A stretch of DNA of 64,000 bases from a virus: IMG/VR virus record IMGVR_UViG_3300047160_018755, positions 118,280-182,279 of that record, one strand, 5' to 3'. The stretch's first letter is position 1. The number at the start of each line of letters is the position of its first letter. Positions 8,118-17,242 of the stretch are shown here, one piece after another. Made by a program: the position numbers and the translations under genes. The notes under the pieces are model-generated. The model saw nothing but the letters and a program-made list of their open reading frames with translations. It was not told the origin of the DNA and did not search any database.

Positions 8118-11100
8118 GGTCGTTACCCACAACGAGTTGATGATCAAATCGAGGGGCTCGTTGCCGAGGCGGACAGACACCTTCTGCAAGCGATCCATCG
8201 TGGGAATCGTGTTGATTCCGTAGCGCTGGCAGATGAGGCGCACGTCACCCGGAACGATTTTCCCAAACCAAGTCTTCAGCTCCTCAGCAACAGACGCCGG
8301 CACCCGCGGCAACGACTTGAGCTTCGTTGCGGTGTCGAGCTGGTGGAAGTTCTCGTCGAGGCACCACGCGCGCAGGTAGTACGGCACGAACGAGTTGCCG
8401 TCGTGGCCAGGATCGAAGCTCGGGCCGGCGAAGGCCGAGCCGTGATCGATGAGCTGCACGTCACCCTTCGGGTCGACCATCACGTTCTGGCCGTGCGAGT
8501 CCGGGTTGCCGAGGATGTAGTCGATCACGGCCCACTTGTGGACCAGACCCTCGTGCAGGTACTTGTGCAGGACGCTGCGAGCAGTGCCCGGCTCCTTGCG
8601 CTCCATCTCGTCGAGCGTCTTGAAGTCGAGAGCGAGCAGGTGGAGCGCGGAGTACATCTTATCGTCGATGATGACAAGCTCCGCGCGCGGGTACCACTTG
8701 CCGATCTCCCACTGCTTCGCGATGTGGTAGAACGCGGCCTCGCGAGCGTTGGGGTTCGACGGGTCCTCCTTCGAGCCTGCGGCTCCGCCAGCTCCACCGC
8801 TGCCGGACTTGAGCAACAGCGTCGTCTTCGTCTGCTCATCGTAGGCGATGAACGATCCCTTCGAGTGCTTGCCGCCGAGCGCGACCGGGAACACGAAGTG
8901 CGTCTTGAACGCACGCTCGATCATTCGCGCCACATCCTCACCCTCAAGATGCGCGGTCACGACCTTCGAAGCGGTCGGCGTCGGCTCCATGATCGGATCC
9001 GACTTCGTCAGCCCGCAGATGGCGTGCAGGGCCTTCAGGTTCTCTTCGCTGCACGGCAGGCCGTACGCCTGGAGCGCAGCACGATCCACGTCACCATCCT
9101 CGAAGTAGAGGGCCTGGCGCATCGACTCGTCCGAGATGAGCGCTCCGTTGGCGAGGAACTTGGCTGCCTTGAATGCGCGGTGGTTCGCCGGCTCGAAGCC
9201 GAGCTGCATGGTCACGATCGGATGCTTCGCCACGCCCTCCATCGGAGCCGAGGCGGCCGGGGTGAGCAGATCGAGTGCCTTCGAGAGCATCTTCTGGAGG
9301 TGCTGCGGGCCGAAGGCGGGGTTCGACATCACGCCGGCACGAAGGAGCGTGTCCGGGTGCAGGGCGTGGGTCGCCTCGTCAGCCAGCGTCGGAGACACGC
9401 TCTTGTTGCGCAGGAGCGCCCCGATGAGGCCCGGCGCGGCCGAGGTCGGCAGCAGCTGGGCCTTGGGGAGCAGGTCCTTGAAGATCTCGGCCAGAGCCGG
9501 CGTCGACAGACCTTGGTTTGACTCCAAGGCGCGCTCCGCGAGCGCCACCACGTGGGGCTCGCCGCGGTCGGCAGCGCGCTGGACGAGGGCCCGGAGGGAG
9601 CCGTAGGGCAGCTCCAGGTGCTCCACAGCGCGCGAGCCGAGGTCTCCTGACCCGCCGCCAGGGACCGTCAGGGCCGTCTTCAGGGCGTGATCCAAGACAT
9701 CCGCGGCGGCCCTCTTGTGGCTCAGAATCGCGATTCGCGAATCGTGGACGACATCCGGGTCCATGTACATGGAGCGAAGGAGCCCTTCGGGCGCCTCTGG
9801 ATGAGCCGCGATCTGGGCGACGGTCGCCGCGTAGCAGGCGGGGCCGCACATGCGCGCGGCGCGCGCGAGCGCGGTGAAGTGGTAGGGCTGGAGCTTCCCG
9901 GGCTGGCCCAGGAAGAAGTCCTTCTGGGCCTGCGGGTAGGCGCCGTTCTTGCCGACCACCGCCTCCATCAAGCTCAGCGACTGGGAGGGCCCGAAGAGCG
10001 GGTGGTTGATGGCGGCCTGGTAGATGGACGGGTCAGGATCGAGGGCGGCCTGGAAGAGGTGCTCGGGACGGACCGTGTCGAGCTTGAGGGCCATGCCGCG
10101 CTCGATCGGGTCCGGGTTGTCAAGCATGCGGAAGACCTCGTCCTCCGCCTTCGCAAGATGCGGCAGATGGGTACCGACCATGGCGGCCTGGTCGACATGC
10201 TCGCTGGGCAGCTCGTATGCGTCGAGCTTGCCGCCACCCTCGGCCTTCGCCGCGTGGTACTTGTGGTTGCCGTCGACGACCTCGTAGAGCCCCGTCGAGT
10301 TCCGCTTCACTACGAGGGGTGGGAGTTTCCCCTCCTTGCGGTACATCTTGCGGTAGAGGTCGTAGCGGGACTTGTTCTTGACGTCGTTCTTCGGGACGAG
10401 CTTGTCGGTCGTCACCGTGATCGGCTTGATGGTCGGGCCGTAGTGGTCCTTCAACGCGGACACGTAGCCGGCGTCGTAGTTGGGGCGGTCCGGGTGCTGG
10501 ATCGAGGGGATGGAAATGCGGCTCGTGCCCCAGTCGTCCGAGTGCCAGACCTTGGGCTCCTTCTTTTCGAGCGTGTCCCAGTCCTCGGACTTCTGGACCT
10601 TGAAGATCTGGCGCAGGAGGTTCGTCGAATCCTTCGGGCCATGGAGGTGGTTGTAGACCTTCGGCGGAAGGCCTTCCTCGACGTCGATCCACTCCCACTC
10701 AGAGACCTCGTCATCGGGATCGTTCTTCGGATGCGGAGAGCCGGACACGTACGCGCTGAAGCAGTACGCCTCGGTGCCGTCGGGGAGCGTGTAGTTCTTG
10801 AGGTGCGACAGGCTCACCGCATGTAGCCCCGTCTCCTCGTACAGCTCGCGGGTCGCGCACTGCTCGGGAGACTCGCCCTCCTCGAAGTGGCCGGCGGGGA
10901 GCGTGTAGAAGTCGTTGTCGTTGCGCTTGCCGACGAGCAGCTGCCCCTCGCCGTTGTAGCAGGTGATGATCGCGACGCGATTGGCGTGGTTGCGGAACTT
11001 GTTCTCCAGCTCCTTCGCCTCGTCGTGTGCCTGCTCGTACTGCTCGTGCTTGTCGTGCATGAGGTGCGCTTCGCGGCACTCGTGCAGAGCAACGAGCGGG

Positions 11101-11282
11101 ATCTCATCTCGCGGCGTGTTGTTGTCGATCCAGATCTGGCCCTGCGGAATCCACTTGTAGCGCTCCGGGTTGCCGCCTTGGACGAAGTCCGAGTCGTGCT
11201 CGTTGCGGATGACCTCTCCGTCGACGAGAAAGATCTTCAGCCCGTGAGGACAGGCTCCGATGGGTTGCTTGCGGACATCCAT
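8115..11282 (-). CDS. multidomain (polyvalent) putative virion protein: HExxE peptidase-like + NUDIX + ParB/Srx + HEAT repeats + PI3/4K/HipA-like kinase
   Basis: ALHECREAHLM; NUDIX box GHFEEGESPEQCATRELYEETGL; LPPLVV..YEVVDGNHKY; LLLKSG, AREAAFY, GNPDSHGQN, LIDHG. Confidence 0.75.
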   Translation of the reverse strand: MDVRKQPIGACPHGLKIFLVDGEVIRNEHDSDFVQGGNPERYKWIPQGQIWIDNNTPRDEIPLVALHECREAHLMHDKHEQYEQAHDEAKELENKFRNHANRVAIITCYNGEGQLLVGKRNDNDFYTLPAGHFEEGESPEQCATRELYEETGLHAVSLSHLKNYTLPDGTEAYCFSAYVSGSPHPKNDPDDEVSEWEWIDVEEGLPPKVYNHLHGPKDSTNLLRQIFKVQKSEDWDTLEKKEPKVWHSDDWGTSRISIPSIQHPDRPNYDAGYVSALKDHYGPTIKPITVTTDKLVPKNDVKNKSRYDLYRKMYRKEGKLPPLVVKRNSTGLYEVVDGNHKYHAAKAEGGGKLDAYELPSEHVDQAAMVGTHLPHLAKAEDEVFRMLDNPDPIERGMALKLDTVRPEHLFQAALDPDPSIYQAAINHPLFGPSQSLSLMEAVVGKNGAYPQAQKDFFLGQPGKLQPYHFTALARAARMCGPACYAATVAQIAAHPEAPEGLLRSMYMDPDVVHDSRIAILSHKRAAADVLDHALKTALTVPGGGSGDLGSRAVEHLELPYGSLRALVQRAADRGEPHVVALAERALESNQGLSTPALAEIFKDLLPKAQLLPTSAAPGLIGALLRNKSVSPTLADEATHALHPDTLLRAGVMSNPAFGPQHLQKMLSKALDLLTPAASAPMEGVAKHPIVTMQLGFEPANHRAFKAAKFLANGALISDESMRQALYFEDGDVDRAALQAYGLPCSEENLKALHAICGLTKSDPIMEPTPTASKVVTAHLEGEDVARMIERAFKTHFVFPVALGGKHSKGSFIAYDEQTKTTLLLKSGSGGAGGAAGSKEDPSNPNAREAAFYHIAKQWEIGKWYPRAELVIIDDKMYSALHLLALDFKTLDEMERKEPGTARSVLHKYLHEGLVHKWAVIDYILGNPDSHGQNVMVDPKGDVQLIDHGSAFAGPSFDPGHDGNSFVPYYLRAWCLDENFHQLDTATKLKSLPRVPASVAEELKTWFGKIVPGDVRLICQRYGINTIPTMDRLQKVSVRLGNEPLDLIINSLWVTT

Positions 11283-11289
11283 GGAACCC

Positions 11290-12138
11290 TTACACGTTGT
11301 CGGAGAAGAACTTGAGCCCGTAGTAGTTCTTCATCTTGTTGACGAGCATCTCACGCTTCTCCGCGAGGTCCGCCATGCGCTTGGTGAAGATCTCGGGGCC
11401 CGGCGTACTCACCGACTGCGACGCGCCGTCGATGCTCAAGCTAGAGCCCGAGGACTTGCCGTACGTGCTCGCGAGCTGCGACAGAACGTCCATCGCCGCG
11501 ATGGTGCCGATGAGTTCGTTGATGGGGATCGGAACCTGCCCGTCGGGGAAGCCGCAGGTGTAGACGATCTGCCAGAACGCCGCGACCCACTGCGACTTAC
11601 CCTGGAAGACCGAGAGGAGCAACGCGCCGCCGGCCGTCGTCGGGATCGCCGTCGGATTGCCGTTCGTGAGGGCGATGGTGAGCGGGATGATGTTGAGCTG
11701 GCCCTTGTGGAGGTTCGCGGTCTCGACCCACTCCAGCGGCACCATGTAGATGTCGTCGTTGTTCGAAAGGTTGACCGTGATGGACTCGACGCTGTTGCAC
11801 GGACGACGGTTCAGGCGGAAGTAGCCGAACGAGTCGTACTCCTGGCGGTCCCAGGCGTGCTTCTCCTTGATCTGCGTCGGGAAGATGAGCAGCCCCGTCT
11901 CCGTCTCGGCAGTGCTGACGGCCGAGTGGATGTAGACCTTCAGGTCGTCGTCGGTAAGGCGATCGGCTCGGTTCGTGATCGGGTCCTTCATGCCCGAAAC
12001 GAGCGGGATGCCGAAGAGGTGCTTGCGCTTCAGCTGGGCCGGAGTGATGAGCGGCTCGACTCGCTGCCAGGTGCTGTCGACCTGCCCGGACGGGTAGATG
12101 TCGCCGATGCCTGGCTTTGAATTGGTGTAGTCGCTCAT
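11290..12138 (-). CDS. head-tail adaptor/neck protein (Twort/phage K-like)
   Basis: LFGIPL..AVSTAETETGLLIFP..YDSFGYFRLNRRP..IVYTCGFPDGQVP..SLSIDGASQSVST. Confidence 0.7.
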   Translation of the reverse strand: MSDYTNSKPGIGDIYPSGQVDSTWQRVEPLITPAQLKRKHLFGIPLVSGMKDPITNRADRLTDDDLKVYIHSAVSTAETETGLLIFPTQIKEKHAWDRQEYDSFGYFRLNRRPCNSVESITVNLSNNDDIYMVPLEWVETANLHKGQLNIIPLTIALTNGNPTAIPTTAGGALLLSVFQGKSQWVAAFWQIVYTCGFPDGQVPIPINELIGTIAAMDVLSQLASTYGKSSGSSLSIDGASQSVSTPGPEIFTKRMADLAEKREMLVNKMKNYYGLKFFSDNV

Positions 12139-12329
12139 CAGTCGTCTCGCGATTCGGGGTGAAGAAGCATGTTGATCGTTTGCGCGGTCGAGGCCAGCTC
12201 CGCGATGATCTCCCAGTCGACCTGGTCGTAGTCGACCTTCAAGAAGTCCTTGATGTCGGCCTGGATGTTCATGAGGGTGCCGCGGCGAGTGCGGTCATTG
12301 TGGTCTACTGCGACGTCAGTCTCCATCAT
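12138..12329 (-). CDS. small hypothetical protein
   Basis: Fills the gap with start/stop overlaps on both sides. Confidence 0.5.
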   Translation of the reverse strand: MMETDVAVDHNDRTRRGTLMNIQADIKDFLKVDYDQVDWEIIAELASTAQTINMLLHPESRDD

Positions 12330-12730
12330 CGCACCCGGAGGAGGACGCCCTTCGGATTGACGAACGTGCGGACGATGGGGCCGGGCTCCGTGAGCGCCGC
12401 CGACATCGTCACCGTTCCGGCGAGAGGGTCCGTCGAGAGGATCGGGATGTACCAGATGCTCGCATCGAGCGTCGGGTACGCCTGCACCGCAGTGCGCGTG
12501 ACCACCTTCGCGTCGTCGATGTTGTTGAACGTCACGATCAGCGTGGAGGTCGCGGGCGGGCAGTAACGACGGCCGGCGGGCGAGAAGCCCTGGTCGGTGC
12601 GATCGACCGCCTCGTTCGTCAGCTGAATGTAGAGGTTCTGGGTGTCACCCTTGTACATCTCCGCGGCGGAAATGACCTGGAAGGTGTTGACGCCAGTGAC
12701 GTCGGTGAGAAAGCGGCAGCCTAGAATCAT
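12326..12730 (-). CDS. beta-rich putative virion structural protein
   Basis: ATGA overlap with the endonuclease stop; Thr/Val-rich, beta-sandwich-like. Confidence 0.5.
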   Translation of the reverse strand: MILGCRFLTDVTGVNTFQVISAAEMYKGDTQNLYIQLTNEAVDRTDQGFSPAGRRYCPPATSTLIVTFNNIDDAKVVTRTAVQAYPTLDASIWYIPILSTDPLAGTVTMSAALTEPGPIVRTFVNPKGVLLRVR

Positions 12731-13128
12731 CGGTACTTGTCCTTGTAGTTCGCCAGAGCAATGCAACGAGCAGTGGAATCGCCCAAAAGTCCTAGAGCAG
12801 CATTGCAGGGCGAGCAGAGCAACCCTCGAACCTTACCTGTCGCGTGATCGTGATCCACACACAGGGTTCCCATCGGAACCTCATCACACGCAGCGCACTT
12901 ACCCTCCTGAACGCGCACCATTTCCTTGAAAGCGCCCTCAGTAATGCCGTACCTGGTGGATAGCCAATATCGACGCCAATTTTGTCGATAGTGGGTACGC
13001 GAAGAAGGCTGCGCGCCGATGGTCTTCTTGCAAGACTTACAAGTACCCTGACGCCCCGAAGGCGAAGCCTTCCGGCGATGAAAATCAGTCTCCACCTTCT
13101 CCAGATGGCAGGAGTTGCAGGTCAGCAC
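12727..13128 (-). CDS. endonuclease VII-family (His-Me) free-standing nuclease
   Basis: RYGIT..M...QEGKCAAC...LCVDHDHATGKVRGLLCSPCNAALG; N-terminal Zn finger; AT-richer codons. Confidence 0.85.
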   Translation of the reverse strand: MLTCNSCHLEKVETDFHRRKASPSGRQGTCKSCKKTIGAQPSSRTHYRQNWRRYWLSTRYGITEGAFKEMVRVQEGKCAACDEVPMGTLCVDHDHATGKVRGLLCSPCNAALGLLGDSTARCIALANYKDKYR

Positions 13129-13134
13129 CTCCTA

Positions 13135-13147
13135 AAGATTGCGGCTA
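13135..13147 (-). promoter_or_regulatory. late-type motif TAGCCGCAATCTT
   Basis: CAATCT 7 nt before GTG 13128; the same 13-mer recurs at 27560-27572. Confidence 0.6.
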
Positions 13148-13148
13148 C

Positions 13149-13514
13149 CTAGGCCTTGGCTGTGGGCTTTTCCACCATCAAAGAGGCCAGTTGGACGTCG
13201 TCATCATCCAGGTCCATGGGCATCTCCGAAAGGCGCTCGGAGACCATGTTGGCCACCTCCCTGAAGTTGTCGTCCGTCTGCATCTGGACGGGGAGGTCCT
13301 GGGTGATGTACTCGTCGGTCAACTCGCAGATCATGGCGTTGGCATCCTCCATACGGCGCAGGATGATCCAACGGGCGGCGAGGGCCACGATGTTCTTGGC
13401 GTAGACCTCTTCCGGGATCTCCTTGTCGATGAGCATCCTCCGCAGCGCGACGTGCGTCTGGTCGAGGATCTCGGGAGTGTCCGGCTTGTCTTCGGGGCGA
13501 CGTTGGCGGTGCAC
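13149..13514 (-). CDS. hypothetical protein
   Basis: GAATCT (13522-13527) 7 nt before the GTG. Confidence 0.6.
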   Translation of the reverse strand: MHRQRRPEDKPDTPEILDQTHVALRRMLIDKEIPEEVYAKNIVALAARWIILRRMEDANAMICELTDEYITQDLPVQMQTDDNFREVANMVSERLSEMPMDLDDDDVQLASLMVEKPTAKA

Positions 13515-13525
13515 CTAAGATAGAT

Positions 13526-13705
13526 TCAGTCTGTGGCGCGACCGTTGCGGTACTCGCTCTCCCACTTCTCCTCGGCATCCTCGTCACGCTCGGGCATCTC
13601 GGTCCCCAGGAGCTTGTCCAGCTCCTTCTCGAACTTCTTGCGGGGCTCGCCGCGCTCCATCGCAGCCGCGATCTCTGCGAGGCGCTTCTTGATGTCGGTG
13701 CTCAT
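13526..13705 (-). CDS. small hypothetical protein
   Basis: ATGA overlap with the thyX stop. Confidence 0.6.
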   Translation of the reverse strand: MSTDIKKRLAEIAAAMERGEPRKKFEKELDKLLGTEMPERDEDAEEKWESEYRNGRATD

Positions 13706-14571
13706 CGTCCCACCCTCGTGAACGTGGGGTCGACCGTCTCGCGGAACTGGATCCAGCCGCGGAGATTGCCCGACCACGAATTCTCCGTCGACAAACCACT
13801 CCGCTCACACACCTTGCACTCGGCGTGGCCGCACGGAGCGCCGAGAGCCTGCGCGACGTGCTCGAAAGGGCTCCAATGGCCCGAGGCCATCAGACGGTCT
13901 GCAAGCGTCACATCCTCCCGCATGTCGCGCTTGCCATCGTGAGTGAGGTATGAGACACGCGCGCAACGACCTGCGGAAACCTTGCAGAAATACGGGTCAC
14001 CGGGAAGAACTTCTTCATCCTCCTGGATGAGCGGCAGATGCCACTGGCCCGGTTGCAGAAAGCGCGGAGTGTTTGCGTTGTACTGACGCTGCATCTCTTT
14101 TGCAACCCAGCCGATCTCGGGCTGCGCGTCGGGATGGCACCTGAGCTTGAACCAGTTGGTCCACTCCGTCGCCGTGCAGATGACCGTGATGAACATCCAC
14201 GGCTCCAAGACCCTGTTCGCGATCTGCTTGTGGAAGCCGAGGACACCGAGGAGCCACGCCACAAGAAGCGCGCCCCAGCGAGCGGAAAGCCAGAGGCGCT
14301 TGACCAGAGCCAGGCGCCAGCCAGTCAGCTCCTCGCGAGCCTGCATGCCGCTCTGGTTCTTGCCCCACCACACGGGCATCGCCGGGTCGCGACGGATCTG
14401 CTGCATGAGCTTCTTCGTCGGGATGGCGCGGCTGGAGGCCGAGTTGCGCGAGAAGAGGCGGTGGGTCATCAGCTCCGCGTGGACGAACCGCGGGTACGTC
14501 AGCTCCCAGGTGGTGAGCCGGACGCCGTTGGTGCTGACAGAGTCAGCGAGGATGCGAACGCGATAGGCCAC
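13702..14571 (-). CDS. thyX: FAD-dependent thymidylate synthase
   Basis: ELMTHRLFSRNSASSRAIP, HKQIANRVLEP, HWSPFEH. Confidence 0.9.
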   Translation of the reverse strand: MAYRVRILADSVSTNGVRLTTWELTYPRFVHAELMTHRLFSRNSASSRAIPTKKLMQQIRRDPAMPVWWGKNQSGMQAREELTGWRLALVKRLWLSARWGALLVAWLLGVLGFHKQIANRVLEPWMFITVICTATEWTNWFKLRCHPDAQPEIGWVAKEMQRQYNANTPRFLQPGQWHLPLIQEDEEVLPGDPYFCKVSAGRCARVSYLTHDGKRDMREDVTLADRLMASGHWSPFEHVAQALGAPCGHAECKVCERSGLSTENSWSGNLRGWIQFRETVDPTFTRVGR

Positions 14572-14850
14572 TTACCACTTCCTCTGCTTGAAGGAGATGG
14601 ACGCGCCGCAACCGCCGCACATCATCTCGGCGGTGATGTCGGTCGGCGTGCGCTCGTACCCGATCGGATGCGGGCTGTGGATCGAGTAGACCGGACGCGA
14701 CTCGCGCTCCGAGTGCCAACCCATGAGCGTCCAGTTGTGCGCGCCGCCGCGAGTGCACATCTTGAGGTCGTCCACGACCCCCTTCGTCAGCTTCGCGCGG
14801 TACGCGTCGTCGTCCTGCTTCTTCAGCTCTTGTTCAATCGTGGATTTCAC
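14572..14850 (-). CDS. Zn-finger hypothetical protein
   Basis: C..GAH ... CGGCG; adjacent to thyX. Confidence 0.55.
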   Translation of the reverse strand: MKSTIEQELKKQDDDAYRAKLTKGVVDDLKMCTRGGAHNWTLMGWHSERESRPVYSIHSPHPIGYERTPTDITAEMMCGGCGASISFKQRKW

Positions 14851-14980
14851 GGTTCAGCATCACTTTCCCGATCAGGTCGATGGCCTGGCAGACGTCGCAG
14901 TCAGGCCAGAAGTGGTATCCGGTGTACTCGTGGCAGCGAGGGCACTCGCGGCCGTTCCAGAACCAGCGCAGGAACTTCAC
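14834..14980 (-). CDS. small Zn-finger protein
   Basis: GTGA overlap; CPRC...CDVC. Confidence 0.5.
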   Translation of the reverse strand: MKFLRWFWNGRECPRCHEYTGYHFWPDCDVCQAIDLIGKVMLNREIHD

Positions 14981-15273
14981 GACGGCTCCTTTTCGATCTT
15001 GGTGGCCGCGATCTTCAGTCCCAGCTGCTTTTCCAGCTCCTGCACGGCCACGCCCACCGCGGCGGCCTGGTAGTGCACCGTCACCAGCTCCATGAGCTGC
15101 GCGTAGGTGGTGTCCGAGATCACCGCGACCTGCGTCGCGGCTGTCGTGAGCGCAGCGAGCGCCAGAAGAGGGCACAGAGGATGTTCCTGGAAGACCGCCA
15201 AGGCCTCCACGCCAAGCTTCGTGGCCAGCTCCTTGACCTTCTCCGCGTCCTCGGGCGTGAAGAGGCTCGACAT
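14977..15273 (-). CDS. hypothetical protein
   Basis: Coupled start/stop overlaps. Confidence 0.55.
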   Translation of the reverse strand: MSSLFTPEDAEKVKELATKLGVEALAVFQEHPLCPLLALAALTTAATQVAVISDTTYAQLMELVTVHYQAAAVGVAVQELEKQLGLKIAATKIEKEPS

Positions 15274-15710
15274 CAGCCGAGGCCTCGAAAAAGACGATAG
15301 GCGCCCGGATCTCCACCTTGGAGTGGCGCCAAGAAGACCTGCTTCAGGACCGAGCTGGTGATGTGGCTGCCGACCCGCTCCAGGACGTACCCCGAAGCGC
15401 TCCAGCTGACGTACTGGAGGCCGATCTCCTCGATCAGGGGTAGGAGAGGCGATGTCGTCAAACGCGCGCTGGCGCGCACGAAGGGCCGCCCCTCGGCGAC
15501 GTCCAGGAGGGCCCAGTCACTGTCCTGGAAGCAGTCCTTGGGCCCCATGACCTTGCGGACGTCGACGATGTAGCCCAGCAGGTGGTCGATGTTGTTGTCG
15601 AGCCACCCCACGGTCCCGTGCGCGAGCTTGGAGATGTCCGCACCCGCGATGGAGATCGTCTCCTCGGGGTTGTAGTCTCCCTCGACTAGGATGATGCCGT
15701 GGACCTGCAC
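15273..15710 (-). CDS. hypothetical protein
   Basis: First gene after the GATTCGATAGAA motif. Confidence 0.6.
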   Translation of the reverse strand: MQVHGIILVEGDYNPEETISIAGADISKLAHGTVGWLDNNIDHLLGYIVDVRKVMGPKDCFQDSDWALLDVAEGRPFVRASARLTTSPLLPLIEEIGLQYVSWSASGYVLERVGSHITSSVLKQVFLAPLQGGDPGAYRLFRGLG

Positions 15711-15717
15711 ACCCCAT

Positions 15718-15729
15718 TTCTATCGAATC
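15718..15729 (-). promoter_or_regulatory. GATTCGATAGAA motif
   Basis: Exact reverse-complement copy between the capsid terminator and the thyX operon. Confidence 0.7.
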
Positions 15730-15741
15730 ATCGCCCAGATA

Positions 15742-15780
15742 CACGAAAGGCCCGGATCCTTTCGGAGCCGGGCCTTCGTG
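15742..15780 (-). terminator. intrinsic terminator after the major capsid gene
   Basis: GGCCCGGcTCC-GAAA-GGAtCCGGGCC followed by TTTCGTGT. Confidence 0.75.
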
Positions 15781-15802
15781 ACGCCCTATCGGGCCTCCAG
15801 GA

Positions 15803-17200
15803 TTACTGGAGGTTGTCGACGAGGACGTTCTTGCGGGGCTGCATCACGGCCAGCGTGCAGAAGCGGAAGTGCGCCTCGGGCTGGCTGAGGTCCGTGACGG
15901 CGAGCTTGAGGCGGCTGTAGGGAGCCAGCTCCTTCATCGCCATCGTGTCGCCCTCGATCAGGAAGCCCGTGACGAATCCCGGGATCTTGTTGCCGAGGTC
16001 CGTGAAGGTCACGGCCGCGCCCGCGTTCGCCGCGATGCGACCGATGAACTTCTCCGTGCCCGCCGCGCCGCCCGCGAGAGTGCGGTAGACGTTGAAGTAG
16101 CGGGTCGTGGAGACCGGCGTGAGGGAGATGGTGACCTTGTCACCCGCGTTGGTGATCGTCACCGACTGAGTCGCGCAGGCCACGCCCTCGCCCAGCTCGC
16201 TGCACGCCGTCGCCTTGTAGATGTAGACGTCGTTCGCGAGGAAGTTCGAGACCGCGTTCGCGTCGGTCGCGCCCGTCGGAGCACCCATCGTCGGGGCCGA
16301 GGGAGCGGTCGAGCGCGCCGGAGCGGGCTTGGCCTTGCCACGGAGGAACATGCTGCCCTCGATCTCGACCGTGCCGCCCGAGACCCACTGCTTGCGGAGG
16401 TCGCCGCCCGTCGCGCCCTGCGGGCTGCCCGCGAGGATGATCTTCTCCTTGCCGAAGACGATCTTGTTGTACGCGCTCAGGACCTTCGGGTCGACGACGA
16501 GCTTGTCGGCGTCACCGAAGTTGAGGGCCGAGCGAACGCTCGCGTCCTCGACGATGTCCTGCGTGAGGGGACCGCCGCCCGCGATCACGACCGTGTCGTC
16601 CGAGCCGAACTCGGCGAACATGAGGTCGCGCGCCTGGCGCTGGTTGTCCGACTGACGGACCTGGAGATCCAGGCCGTGCATGTTCGGGAGCGGAGCCACC
16701 GAGAGCGGGTTGCCGTCGAAGACGCCCGCGTTCGAGAAGTCCGCGAGGCCGCGGAACAGGTCGAACTCGATGTCGCCCGCGATCTTCTTCGCCGCGTTGG
16801 CCGCCTCGCGCTCCTCCGCCTTCACGCCGTCGACCGTGGTCACCATGTTGGCGACGATGGTCACGCGACGCGTGTGCGAGTAGAACGCCATCGGGACGGT
16901 CACACGGACGTAGTCCGCGTTCTCTTCCTGGCCGATCGCGCCTTCGAGCTGGGCCGAGCCGCCGAAGATGCCGTAGCTCAGCTGACGATCGAACTGGGCG
17001 AGCGTCGACTTGCACGACTCGACCTTGACCATCTTCTGGAGCTTGATGTGGGACTCGTCGAAGGTCACGACCTGCATGACGTTGGACAGGTCCTCCGTCT
17101 GGAGGGCCGCGCCTTGAACGAGCGTGCTCGGAGCGGCGTTGTAGTTGCCGGCCTCCAAGGCCTTGGTGAGGGACTGGAGTTCAGCGATCAGATCGGACAT
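15803..17200 (-). CDS. major capsid protein (SPO1/Twort-like HK97 fold with Ig-like insertion)
   Basis: Short propeptide ending LTKA, GAALQTEDL, STLAQFDRQLSYG, IEFDLFRG, YVFNVYR-type insertion; position after protease and scaffold. Confidence 0.85.
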   Translation of the reverse strand: MSDLIAELQSLTKALEAGNYNAAPSTLVQGAALQTEDLSNVMQVVTFDESHIKLQKMVKVESCKSTLAQFDRQLSYGIFGGSAQLEGAIGQEENADYVRVTVPMAFYSHTRRVTIVANMVTTVDGVKAEEREAANAAKKIAGDIEFDLFRGLADFSNAGVFDGNPLSVAPLPNMHGLDLQVRQSDNQRQARDLMFAEFGSDDTVVIAGGGPLTQDIVEDASVRSALNFGDADKLVVDPKVLSAYNKIVFGKEKIILAGSPQGATGGDLRKQWVSGGTVEIEGSMFLRGKAKPAPARSTAPSAPTMGAPTGATDANAVSNFLANDVYIYKATACSELGEGVACATQSVTITNAGDKVTISLTPVSTTRYFNVYRTLAGGAAGTEKFIGRIAANAGAAVTFTDLGNKIPGFVTGFLIEGDTMAMKELAPYSRLKLAVTDLSQPEAHFRFCTLAVMQPRKNVLVDNLQ

Positions 17201-17242
17201 TTGAGTTTCTCCTGGTTCTTTCGGAAATCTGGGGTGGAAGGG

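Noticed and set aside
13702-14571. Hypermodified-base pathway implied by ThyX, dNMP kinase and NDK
   Set aside because: No hydroxymethylase, glycosyltransferase, Que/Dpd or PurZ genes in this window; ordinary dNTP supply explains them
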